Origin: Candidatus Latescibacterota bacterium
Lineage (GTDB): Bacteria > Latescibacterota > UBA2968
DNA: 64,000 nt
Direction: 5' to 3'
Assembly (NCBI GenBank): GCA_965207885.1
Contig: OZ242311.1
Span: 608,001 to 672,000, forward strand
The position numbers and the translations under genes are program-made. The notes under the pieces are model-generated. The model had not been told where the DNA came from and ran no database searches. It worked only from the letters and a program-made list of their open reading frames with translations. Of this stretch, positions 10,517 to 19,704 are shown piece after piece (the first letter of the stretch is position 1; each line of letters starts with the position of its first letter).

Positions 10517-12055
10517 TCAATCTTCCACGGGTCCAGCATAAGGCGCGTGTTCGAATCGACAGGGCGATTCGACGAGGCGTGGGTCGCTTTGTTCGCGCAG
10601 GATTTGCATGAGTGTGGTGGAGAGTTCTTTGCGGATGGGGTCGTATTCGGGGTCGGCGGCGATGTTGTTCATGTAGTGCGGGTCCACGCGCAGGTCGTAG
10701 AGTTCTTCCTGGGGACGTTTGCCAAAGCCGATTTCGAATAGTTCCTGTACGTCTTGTTCTGCGCGGTGGAGGATCATATAGGATTTTGTGGGGCTGGCAT
10801 CCATGTCGGGATAGGCGATGAAGGTTTTCCCTGTCAGGTCTTCAGCCGAGGGGGCTTCTGCATGGAGGTCGTCGAGTCCTTGAGGATCGCCCATGGGCCA
10901 GCGGTCGGGTGCAAAGTTGTGGATGTAGAGAAAGTCGGCCGTGCGGATGGCGCGTTGCGGGTAGGGTAGCTGGCCTTCTCTTGCGGTGCCAACGTGCCGT
11001 TCCCGGCCGGTGATGACAAAGGTGCGGTCGGGATCGACCAGGCCGCTCTGGTCGCTTTTGAGAACGGGGAGCAGGCTTTTGCCGGTCATGGTATCGGGGA
11101 TGTCTGCGCCTGCGGCTTCGAGGAATGTGGGGGCGAGGTCCATGAGGTTGACAAAGTCTTCAACGGTGCGTCCCGCAGGGATGTTGTTGGGCCAGCGCGC
11201 GGCGAGGGTGACTTCACAGCCGATGTCGTAGAGGTTGCATTTGCCGCGTGGAAAGCCCGGTATGCCGTGGTCGCCGCTGACGACGATGAGGGTGTTGTCG
11301 AGTTCGCCGATTTCTTCGAGGCGCTGGATCAAGACGCCCAGGCCAGCGTCAACGGCCTGACATTCGCCCAGGTAGTCGGCTACGTCTTCGCGGATGTCGT
11401 GTACATCGGGGAGGAAGTCGGGTAAGCGGCCTTTGAGGTCGTCGGGTTCTAAACCCCACACAGCTTTGCCGGAGCCGCGTTCCCAGGAGCGGTGGGTGTT
11501 GGTGGGTCCCCACCAGTAGCAGAAGGGTGTGTTCTCTGGACGGGCGTCGAGGAATGCGTTGAAGTTGTCGCGGGTTTCGTTCAGGAGGGCTTGTTTGGCG
11601 CCTTCAACGCCCAGTTCATCGGCGTTTTTGGTTACCCAGTGGGAGAATCTGCGGTAGTTGTTGCCGGCAGATTCATAGCGGGTTCGGTCGGCGCCATACG
11701 GTGCGTTGGCGGCTTTTCCGGGGGACCAGACTTTGTAGGTATAGCCGATGTGGTATCCGGCTTTTTCGAGTTCGAGGGGGTAGGTGGGGATGCTTTCGTC
11801 CCATATCGCACCTTGTAAGATGGCGCCGAGGCCGGTTTGCCAGAAGTATTGTCCAGAGAGGATGGCGCTTCGGCAGGGGGTGCAACTCGGCGCGGGTACA
11901 AAGGCGTTGGTGAATAACGCGCCTTCGCGGGCGATGCGGTCAAAGTTGGGGGTGTCGATGAGGTGATTGAGAGAGTTGGGGCCTTCAATGCGCTGATAAG
12001 CACTGGCATAACGCCCCCAGTCGTCGGCAAAAGCAAAGAGGATGTTGGGTTGCAT
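10517..12055 (-). CDS. Formylglycine-dependent sulfatase
   Basis: PNILFAFADD, CTPCR (CxPxR), GDHG, ELYDLRVDP. Confidence 0.95.
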   Translation of the reverse strand: MQPNILFAFADDWGRYASAYQRIEGPNSLNHLIDTPNFDRIAREGALFTNAFVPAPSCTPCRSAILSGQYFWQTGLGAILQGAIWDESIPTYPLELEKAGYHIGYTYKVWSPGKAANAPYGADRTRYESAGNNYRRFSHWVTKNADELGVEGAKQALLNETRDNFNAFLDARPENTPFCYWWGPTNTHRSWERGSGKAVWGLEPDDLKGRLPDFLPDVHDIREDVADYLGECQAVDAGLGVLIQRLEEIGELDNTLIVVSGDHGIPGFPRGKCNLYDIGCEVTLAARWPNNIPAGRTVEDFVNLMDLAPTFLEAAGADIPDTMTGKSLLPVLKSDQSGLVDPDRTFVITGRERHVGTAREGQLPYPQRAIRTADFLYIHNFAPDRWPMGDPQGLDDLHAEAPSAEDLTGKTFIAYPDMDASPTKSYMILHRAEQDVQELFEIGFGKRPQEELYDLRVDPHYMNNIAADPEYDPIRKELSTTLMQILREQSDPRLVESPCRFEHAPYAGPVED

Positions 12056-12088
12056 GGGTTCTCCATTTTTGGTGTGGATGTTGAAAGT

Positions 12089-13435
12089 CTATTTCAGTGT
12101 CGCGTATTTGGCCGCGCCTTCGCCTGCGATGAGGCCATACGCGAGGCCCATGCACAGGCCGCCTGTGTAGCCCCGGGTGTAGATGCCGCCGCAATCGGCA
12201 CCGGCTGCGTAGAGGCCCGGGATGGGGTGGTCGTTTTTGTTCAGGACTTGTGCCTGGGCATTGACTTTGGCTCCGCCGTAGGTAAAGGTGATGCCGGGGC
12301 GTGTGCGGATGGCGTAATAGGGCGGTGTGTTGAGGGGGATGAGGCCGCCGGTTTTTGGTATTGAGAGGGTTTGGCCGTTGCCTGTGGCGCATGCGGTTGC
12401 GTATTCGGCCATTGTTTTTTCGAATGTGTGGGCAGGGATGTGCCAGCGATTGGTCAATGCGCGGGTGAGTTCTTCAAGGGATGGTGTTTCGATGACTTCG
12501 CCGCCTGCTTCGCGGATGTTTTTGACGCGGTCGTTGTCCGGGGTGGGCCATTGGGAGAGTGCGTTCTGGTTGTCGCGGATGTGCTGGTCAAAGATGAGTA
12601 TGGCGGTGGCCTGGGGTTGTTGGACGAGGGTGTGGCAGGTGACTTCGTCGCCGAGATATTCGTCGTCGAATCGCTGGCCTTTGAGGTTGATTAAGATGGC
12701 GTATTCGCTGAAGTCGGGTTTGACTTTGAGGAAGTTGTGCAGGCCGACTCGTGCGGGTGGTGCGGGAAGGAGGTGGCCGTAGAAGCGGTTGAGGGGTCCT
12801 GTGGATTGCGCCCCTGCTTCGAGTGCGCTTTGAAAGCCGCCGCCGGTGTTTTGGGGTACGCCGCGGACGATCATGTGATCGGATTCTGCGCCGAAGTATT
12901 GCGCGCGCAATTTGGGGTTGGCCTGATATCCGCCGGTTGATAGGATGACGGATTGGGCTGTTATTTCTTTATGTGTGGTTTTGACGCCTGTGATAGGTTT
13001 GCCGCTGCCGCCGATGAGGCCGGTCAGGCCAGTGTGTGTGAGGATGGTACCGCCCCTGTGCTGGAACTGATAGCCGAGGATTTCCATTGCGGTGCGCGCA
13101 TCGGGTGTGAACTGGTAGATGGTGCGTTGAAATTTGTACGGTTTGTCTTCGCGCGCTTGTAGGGATACGCCCTGTTTGCGGAGCCATTCGATGCCTGTGT
13201 CGAAGCGGTCGATGAGCGCGGTGCCGAGTGCGGTGTCGCCATTGGGCTGCACTTTGAGCCATTCGTCGATGTTTTTTGCACACCAGATGGTGCCGCCCGA
13301 TGCGGCTGCAGATCCGCCGATTGTTTCGGCTTTTTCGATGATGGCTACGGATGCGCCTTTTTCCCGAGCGCGCAACGCCGCACACAATCCACCTATGCCC
13401 GCGCCCGCTACTATGACGTCGTAATGGTCAGACAT
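12089..13435 (-). CDS. FAD-binding oxidoreductase (FAD_binding_2; TcuA/KstD/fumarate reductase-like)
   Basis: GAGIGG, STGGY, TFTYGG, GLYAAG; start set at MSDHYDV after an SD. Confidence 0.85.
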   Translation of the reverse strand: MSDHYDVIVAGAGIGGLCAALRAREKGASVAIIEKAETIGGSAAASGGTIWCAKNIDEWLKVQPNGDTALGTALIDRFDTGIEWLRKQGVSLQAREDKPYKFQRTIYQFTPDARTAMEILGYQFQHRGGTILTHTGLTGLIGGSGKPITGVKTTHKEITAQSVILSTGGYQANPKLRAQYFGAESDHMIVRGVPQNTGGGFQSALEAGAQSTGPLNRFYGHLLPAPPARVGLHNFLKVKPDFSEYAILINLKGQRFDDEYLGDEVTCHTLVQQPQATAILIFDQHIRDNQNALSQWPTPDNDRVKNIREAGGEVIETPSLEELTRALTNRWHIPAHTFEKTMAEYATACATGNGQTLSIPKTGGLIPLNTPPYYAIRTRPGITFTYGGAKVNAQAQVLNKNDHPIPGLYAAGADCGGIYTRGYTGGLCMGLAYGLIAGEGAAKYATLK

Positions 13436-13595
13436 CCTATTTCTCCTGTGAATATCAGGATGCATCCTATTGAGAGGAAGAAGATAATATTACCATTCGA
13501 GTAGCGGAATAGTTTCCTCTTCTCTTATAAGTGGAACATGAGTACGCACATCCCAGGGAAGAATCTGATGATCCGAAATATATGAAGCCCGGAAA

Positions 13596-15146
13596 CTAGG
13601 CCAATTCAAAACTTTTAACTGCGCTGTGTTCCTCGTCAGTGGCATTTGCGCGAATGATTACATCCCCGAGTTTGTGTTTATTGCCAGTGTAAAGGTGAGG
13701 CAGAGTGATTTCAGATACCCAGATATGTTCCGGCATATTCTCGAATCTCTGTTCAATTTCTGGAGTTAATGTTGTATGGCCATCTTGAACCAGACTATCA
13801 ATATATTGTCTATAGGATTCTTTTGTTTGAAGCAGCGTTCGACTTACGATTTTGCCGGATTGTTGAGCTAATCTTTTAAGCCAAATAGGGGGATGTTGTA
13901 TTTTTGTGATTTTGATAAGAAATTGGGTAATCCTTACCGCTATCCCTTCTGCCCAAAGGCCCGAGAACTGCACACCAGAAGGTACTATGGCAACTGCTAT
14001 TCTGGCGTGTAAGTTCGGATTTTTTGACGGAACAAGGAAATTTCTCAACATATCAGATGGCAAAGTCAAGTACATACCAAAATTATCATCATTGATGATA
14101 TAGTGTCCAGTCCATCCAGTAGCTGGGATATAAGGTTGCGCTTGCAATCCACTATATCCGACTCGGGCTTCAGGTTCCCACCGGTCGGAATTGAGTGTAT
14201 GTCCTAAAACGGAAACCACATGGTTAATTATTTCATTACGAGAATCCCGACCTTCTATTCCCAATATCACGGGACAGGCAGACTCGACAAATGGATAGAT
14301 AAATTGGTCGTATTCCACGGAAGTGTCTTGTACAAAATCTGCTGATATTGTTCTCCCACCCAATTGGCTAACAACGTCTTCTAACTCTTGTTGACCCAAG
14401 CCTCTTTTGGTTCTTGGGGGATCACTGTCTATATGGCCTACGCATTTTTCAGGGCTGCTGAAGTCAATTCCCAGAATCTCATTGATCTTTCGATTTGTGA
14501 GCTTTTCAGAGGTAACCGTATCTGAGCTATTTATGGCCATTCGCAAGGCGGCATGAGCACAGACATGGGTAAGGTTATTTTGTTGGGCAAAAAAACTGCC
14601 CGGCAGAGTAAAGGTTCTCGATTTTTCTTTTGTGCCGATGTGTGTTTCAAAATTTCTTCTGTTATGTACGTAGTAATTTGTGATGGGTTCAATGGAAATC
14701 CGGTCTTCTGTATCTCGCACCCAGATGGAGGGGGGACGAACCACGGATTCCAATAGGTATGTTGTATATTTGTCACCCGGTAGTTCAAGCGTTGCTATCA
14801 CAGCGTAACCCAGGAGATGGTCGTCCAGTAACTTATCTGGATCGTTCCATTTTAGGGGAGAAGGCAATGACCGAAAGAATGTCAGGCGTGTCGCAGTGAG
14901 GCTTACCTTTTGTTTACATCGCTCAGCGGCCATATCCTGTTCTTCTAACAATTCCTCGTTTAATTCCAATTCCTCTCTGATAAACGATTTGACCTTCATC
15001 TTTCTCATTAGCGTACATAGACGGTTCATAGGGTCTGATCCGATATTGCTTTTCGGATGCCAGATATCTTCCACAAGTTGATAAAACGAGAAGGGTACTT
15101 GGCATGATTCCAGTAGTTTTTGTTCTTTTGCGAAGGCGTCTTTCAT
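13596..15146 (-). CDS. Papain-fold (C39-like) cysteine peptidase, possibly C-terminally degraded
   Basis: QQNNLTHVCAHAAL (Gln/Cys), HVVSVLGH (His), INDDNFG (Asp); AT-richer than backbone. Confidence 0.65.
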   Translation of the reverse strand: MKDAFAKEQKLLESCQVPFSFYQLVEDIWHPKSNIGSDPMNRLCTLMRKMKVKSFIREELELNEELLEEQDMAAERCKQKVSLTATRLTFFRSLPSPLKWNDPDKLLDDHLLGYAVIATLELPGDKYTTYLLESVVRPPSIWVRDTEDRISIEPITNYYVHNRRNFETHIGTKEKSRTFTLPGSFFAQQNNLTHVCAHAALRMAINSSDTVTSEKLTNRKINEILGIDFSSPEKCVGHIDSDPPRTKRGLGQQELEDVVSQLGGRTISADFVQDTSVEYDQFIYPFVESACPVILGIEGRDSRNEIINHVVSVLGHTLNSDRWEPEARVGYSGLQAQPYIPATGWTGHYIINDDNFGMYLTLPSDMLRNFLVPSKNPNLHARIAVAIVPSGVQFSGLWAEGIAVRITQFLIKITKIQHPPIWLKRLAQQSGKIVSRTLLQTKESYRQYIDSLVQDGHTTLTPEIEQRFENMPEHIWVSEITLPHLYTGNKHKLGDVIIRANATDEEHSAVKSFELA

Positions 15147-15171
15147 AGGCGGATCCTTATTTTTTCACATC

Positions 15172-15201
15172 AAAAAAGCCTCGTAAACACACGAGGCTTT
15201 T
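15172..15201. terminator. Bidirectional intrinsic terminator
   Basis: aaaaagcctcgt-aaacac-acgaggcttttt. Confidence 0.8.
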
Positions 15202-15228
15202 GATTTTTGGCTATAAGTTAATAATGAC

Positions 15229-15417
15229 TCATCTTCCCACCGGTTGCCCCAGGATCCAATGCGTTTTTGCAGACCTTTTTTCCCAATCCAAAAAATTCTT
15301 AAGAGCCTGTTTTTCTTCGGGGGTCAACTCAAGGTCTTCGGGTTTGGGAGTGCGAAGAAATATGGTTTGAGGTGTCTGTTGTGTAACGGGTTCATTTTGG
15401 GACTGGCTTTGGGACAT
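15229..15417 (-). CDS. 62-aa hypothetical peptide upstream of the peptidase
   Basis: SD GGAGGAG before ATG 15417; MSQSQSQNEP...HWILGQPVGR. Confidence 0.6.
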   Translation of the reverse strand: MSQSQSQNEPVTQQTPQTIFLRTPKPEDLELTPEEKQALKNFLDWEKRSAKTHWILGQPVGR

Positions 15418-15572
15418 AACTCTCCTCCGGTTACAATGAAAAACAGAACTACTCAAACAAGATGATTTTGAAACAATGTCAACATAAACTTGACAAATAT
15501 AAGCAAAAAATTCGCTTGAACAAACCAAAAGTTATAATAAAAAAAATAATTCCACAGAAATTGATTGCTAAG

Positions 15573-15836
15573 CTACAACCCTGCTTCCTTTTTGACCTTT
15601 TCCCATGGAATGGGCTTTTTCCCTATTTGTTCCATTTCTTTTACCGCTTGGTCTGCTGCTCGGTTGTCAATCACGTTTTCCAAAAATTGAAAAATTTCTT
15701 CTTCCGGAATACCCTGCTTTTGAGCTTTCACAATAGCAGTTTCAAATGCTTCCCAGAGTTCTCTTTGTACATTTTCGGGTTTCTTGGCGATTGTTGGGCA
15801 AGATTCTGGCACATCAATGGGGGTCGAAATGGCCAT
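15573..15836 (-). CDS. Orphan antitoxin-like small protein
   Basis: SD AAGGAG; C-terminal PIPWEKVKKEAGL typical of type II antitoxins. Confidence 0.55.
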   Translation of the reverse strand: MAISTPIDVPESCPTIAKKPENVQRELWEAFETAIVKAQKQGIPEEEIFQFLENVIDNRAADQAVKEMEQIGKKPIPWEKVKKEAGL

Positions 15837-15910
15837 TGAGATACTCCTTCAGAGCACAAACAAATTTATTGGCCTTACTACGCAAATTTCGCTGTCTGAA
15901 GTTCAAGATT

Positions 15911-16984
15911 TCATGGCGAGTTTCCCCCAGCTCTGCGTAGAAGCTCTTTCGCGATCCAGTTTGTGACATTAGGGGAGCAAGACATTTCGCAAAAGACACT
16001 GCCACTGCGAGGGAGTCCGTAGCCGAACTTCTCATTGACTTCCCTCTGTGTGACAACCTCATCATCGGCTACTATTGTCTCCCACGTGACTCTTACATGG
16101 TACTCAAGACTCTGCTTAAAGACCGTATTGCCAGGTATAACCTGACCGTCAACGATACGTCCGACGGCCATCAATCCTCTGCCACTGACATAAGCGAAAA
16201 CTCGCTGATCTGCGGCACTTCCTTCCAGAATCGATGGTCCGTTCGCATATCCATAGATAGCAATTACGCCTTGATCAAACATTTTTTTATATGCGCCCGG
16301 TGCGTTCTTTTCATTCGTATTAAAAAACCGATCTCTCTCCTCGGATACAACATTTCTTTCTTCCGTCTGAATCTCAGGCAGAGGATCCATCTCCAGTAGA
16401 ATATCCTCATCATCGTCATCTGTGTAGAGCGTAAAAGGCACGAAGCTAATCGGCACATCATACATCTTCAGCCATTCTACAATTCGACATAGACCCTCGT
16501 CAGAACGGGGGGCCACGATACAAATTCGATGACCGTTTGGAATATGATTTTTAGTAGCCTCCGAGTCGTCAGTCAGTTCTTGAAACCGTTCGAGCAAGGA
16601 GACATACTGACCTTCCCCGTGGTGCCGATCCCAGTAGGACCGGTTCAGTCTTTCCAGGTCCTCATAGCTGTTCCCAATTCTATTAGCAGCATATTCGAGC
16701 AATTGGCCAACTGTCGCTCTGTCAGACCAGTCCCGCTTTATCTCGACGATGACCAAACGCCCGTAGGCGTCCAAAGCCAGTATGTCGGCCATGCGCTGAC
16801 CGCTGACAGATTGACTGATCACCAATACCTGTTGAGTTCCAAACAACAACTCTGGATTTTTTGCCATCCAGTTCTCCAAATCCTTCTCCTTGAGATTCAA
16901 AGCTGAAGCCTCCCGTCTCATAAATGGCTGAAATGCGGTTTGTTGCTCCTCACGAATCAGTTTGAATAACATCGGTGCCCCCAT
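15911..16984 (-). CDS. NucS/Mrr-like PD-(D/E)XK endonuclease with C-terminal EVE/PUA-like domain
   Basis: EKDLE..ADILALD..VEIKR..GQLLEY; C-term VFAYVSGRGLMAVGRI. Confidence 0.75.
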   Translation of the reverse strand: MGAPMLFKLIREEQQTAFQPFMRREASALNLKEKDLENWMAKNPELLFGTQQVLVISQSVSGQRMADILALDAYGRLVIVEIKRDWSDRATVGQLLEYAANRIGNSYEDLERLNRSYWDRHHGEGQYVSLLERFQELTDDSEATKNHIPNGHRICIVAPRSDEGLCRIVEWLKMYDVPISFVPFTLYTDDDDEDILLEMDPLPEIQTEERNVVSEERDRFFNTNEKNAPGAYKKMFDQGVIAIYGYANGPSILEGSAADQRVFAYVSGRGLMAVGRIVDGQVIPGNTVFKQSLEYHVRVTWETIVADDEVVTQREVNEKFGYGLPRSGSVFCEMSCSPNVTNWIAKELLRRAGGNSP

Positions 16985-17077
16985 TTTTTGTAATCACTGT
17001 TCAAACAACACTTTTTTTATAATATAATTTTCCCCTCACAAGATCAAGCCTGACCTGGAGATTTTGTGAGCATTTTC

Positions 17078-17267
17078 TTAAAACCAGACCAGAGTCTTGA
17101 TAAGCATGTTTCTGGTCCTATTTCTCGAGGCTCTTCGGGAAGCATGCCCTCCCACTCCCTCAGCGTCGAACGCACTGCCCAGGCCGCCAAAAGATCAAGG
17201 TGGCCCCCGCCGCGAACAAGGCGAGAATTCCTGCAATGAGAGCGATGGTTCCTCCAATTTTTTGCAT
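17078..17267 (-). pseudogene. Frameshifted small membrane protein remnant
   Basis: SD, then MQKIGGTIALIAGILALFAAGATLIF continuing in another frame as GGLGSAFDAEG. Confidence 0.5.
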
Positions 17268-17386
17268 GTTATCTTTCCTTTCCTTCAACGATCCACAATA
17301 AATCATTACCACTCCTTTCTACTGATACGTCAGACAAGATTATAACAAATGCGCTGTTGGTTTTTGCCGACAAATTACGAATATGA

Positions 17387-18745
17387 TCAGGGAAATTCGC
17401 GATAGATTTCGAGGGGGTTTTCAAACTGGAGACACTCAGCCACAAAGGTCAAAGAGACGCAGCCAATCGGACCGTTGCGTTGCTTGCCCAATATGATCTC
17501 GGCTCTGCCTTCTTGCGTATTGCCCTCTTCATCTACAATGCCATATACTTCGGGGCGAAAGAGAAACATCACCACATCCGCGTCCTGTTCCAGCGAGCCG
17601 CTCTCGCGCAAATCGGCCAATTGCGGTCGTTTATCCGTGCGACTTTCCACAGCCCGCGACAATTGCGCGCAGGCAACGATCGGAATATCGAGTTCTTTGG
17701 CGAGGGCTTTCAGGGACCGCGAGATATAGGCGATTTCCTGTTCGCGGCTACCAAAATTTTCAGATGTGGTCATCAGTTGTAGATAATCGAAAATGATTAA
17801 TCCGATATTGTATTCGGATTTAGCGCGGCGCGCTTTGGCTCGCAGTTCCCTGACGGAAATAGCAGGTGTGTCATCGATGTATAGTGGTGCTTCCATTAGT
17901 TTTCCGATCCAGTTGGCTAAACGGTGCCAGTCCTCTTCGGAGAGATTGCCTGTTCGAAAGATGTGCGAATTCACGCGCGCTTCACTACATAAGAGTCGCT
18001 GCGCGAGTTGCCCTGTTGACATTTCCAGGGAAAAATACAGTACGGGTACACGGTTCACAGCGGCATTGCGCGCCATGCACAATGTGAGTGCTGTTTTGCC
18101 CATTGAGGGACGCGATGCGAGGATGACCAGGTCCGAAGGTTGAAAGCCGGCTGTCATCTGATCCAGGTCCGTATAGCCCGTGTTCACGCCAGCAAGCGCG
18201 CCGCGTTGCGCAATTTCAATGGCTTTCTCAATTGTAGAGGAAATGGGTGTCACGCCTTTGCCCAATTCGCGTTCGGCAATTTGAAAGACCCGTTGTTCGG
18301 CGCGGTCGATGAGTTCGCGCACATCCTCGGTTTCTTCATAGCTTTCGGTAAGCGTTTGGGGCGCTGCGGCAATCAAGCGTCGCCTCTGCGCTTTTTCCAG
18401 AACGATCTGCGCGTGGTATTCGGCATTGGCTGCTGTCGCCATTTCACTGGCTAACTCGGCAATGAAAACCGCACCGCCGATATCGTCGAGTTGTCCTCGT
18501 CGCACGAGTTCTTCGGTCAGTGTGACTTGATCGACGGGATCACCGCGCTCTGACATTTTTTGGATTGCTGCATAGACTTTTCGGTGTGGGGTATGGTAAA
18601 AGGTCGTTTCATCCCCCAGTACTTCGACCACGCGATTGATAGTCATATTGTCAATCAACATGGCACCCAACACAGCGCGCTCGACTTCGAATGCCTGAGG
18701 CAGTGCGCGTTCAGCCGTGTTTGATGTCGGATTTTGGGAGGCCAT
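17387..18745 (-). CDS. dnaB: Replicative DNA helicase DnaB
   Basis: ERAVLGAML, Walker A SRPSMGKT, FSLEM, DYLQL, QLSR, DLRESGSLEQDAD, KQRNGP. Confidence 0.95.
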   Translation of the reverse strand: MASQNPTSNTAERALPQAFEVERAVLGAMLIDNMTINRVVEVLGDETTFYHTPHRKVYAAIQKMSERGDPVDQVTLTEELVRRGQLDDIGGAVFIAELASEMATAANAEYHAQIVLEKAQRRRLIAAAPQTLTESYEETEDVRELIDRAEQRVFQIAERELGKGVTPISSTIEKAIEIAQRGALAGVNTGYTDLDQMTAGFQPSDLVILASRPSMGKTALTLCMARNAAVNRVPVLYFSLEMSTGQLAQRLLCSEARVNSHIFRTGNLSEEDWHRLANWIGKLMEAPLYIDDTPAISVRELRAKARRAKSEYNIGLIIFDYLQLMTTSENFGSREQEIAYISRSLKALAKELDIPIVACAQLSRAVESRTDKRPQLADLRESGSLEQDADVVMFLFRPEVYGIVDEEGNTQEGRAEIILGKQRNGPIGCVSLTFVAECLQFENPLEIYREFP

Positions 18746-18791
18746 CAGATTTTAGTTATAGGTTTTAGTTTTTTGTGATTTTTTTCAAAAA

Positions 18792-18860
18792 AAAAGAGAC
18801 GCATTGCAAGGAATGCGTCTCTAAGATAAATAAGAAGTATGACAGGGTATGTCGTAGGTG
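18792..18860 (-). promoter_or_regulatory. 69-bp repeat copy 1: putative WYL operator/promoter plus hairpin, upstream of dnaB
   Basis: 66/69 identical to 25906-25974; GACA-N5-TGTC palindrome; 10-bp stem gagacgcatt/aatgcgtctc. Confidence 0.75.
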
Positions 18861-18930
18861 ATTAAATTTTTTTCGCATGCACCCTATTTTTGGGCAGGAT
18901 TAAGACCGAAATGGCTTACCTTCAGGCCAC

Positions 18931-19344
18931 CTATGTAGCTATGACGGTTAGTAAATCTTGTGTAGTAATAGTTTGAATGTCTTCAATGTCTATAAGATCG
19001 AGATCCTGAGTCCACAATGGCGTCCCGAGATGATATGTGAGAGCGAGAATATCTACGTCTTTTGGATCGCGAAGTCCAATTTTATTTCTTGCTCGACTAA
19101 GAGCAGAGCTATACAGACCTGATTGATAAGCAACTAATGGAAAGTCTTCAAATGTCTCCAGTATTTCAATTTCTGAGATTTCAAGACGCTCTGCTATTTC
19201 TGGTATATATTTTTTGACTTCCCAGGTTGTGCGTTCTGTTGTAGCAAATAAAAATAACGGACTGTATAGCAATTTTAATGCTTGCCCTCCCAGGAGTGCA
19301 GAAATCAGTGGGCTTGCATCAACAACAAGCTCAAGTCGCGGCAT
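18931..19344 (-). CDS. PIN-domain (VapC-like) toxin
   Basis: VVDASPLISAL, RDPKDVDILAL, LWTQD. Confidence 0.9.
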   Translation of the reverse strand: MPRLELVVDASPLISALLGGQALKLLYSPLFLFATTERTTWEVKKYIPEIAERLEISEIEILETFEDFPLVAYQSGLYSSALSRARNKIGLRDPKDVDILALTYHLGTPLWTQDLDLIDIEDIQTITTQDLLTVIAT

Positions 19345-19588
19345 TCCCCTGCCTCAAATTCTCTCGAAATATTTCAAAGTCTTTGAGAATTTCATCCTCT
19401 GTCAAATTTTTTTCTTGTAATTTTTTTCTTATCTTTTTTCCTCTTTTTTCTGCTTTTTGACGGCGCAGTTCTAAAAGATGATGGTCAACGGCATGTTCCA
19501 AACCTTGCGCGATGGTTTCGTACCCGCCAGCTTGACATAGTTTGCCGAGTTTTTCCAAAATCTCATTGGACAATCGGATCGTTTCCAT
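19331..19588 (-). CDS. Cognate antitoxin (RHH-like)
   Basis: Small gene overlapping the PIN start; N-terminal TIRLS strand; C-term LTEDEIL. Confidence 0.7.
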   Translation of the reverse strand: METIRLSNEILEKLGKLCQAGGYETIAQGLEHAVDHHLLELRRQKAEKRGKKIRKKLQEKNLTEDEILKDFEIFRENLRQGNAAT

Positions 19589-19704
19589 AGGATCAATACC
19601 ACCTTATCTGATGTTTGAAATCCTTTGTGTTAAGCTATAGTCTCGCTTTTTCATTAATAAAATGTAGCCAATGCAAACAGATTCTTCAAGAGAATTCACC
19701 TGGA

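Noticed and set aside
13596-13598. Pyrrolysine or amber read-through in the peptidase
   Set aside because: A frameshift is also needed to recover the plausible C-terminus, and no pyl genes are seen. Decay or assembly error is simpler.
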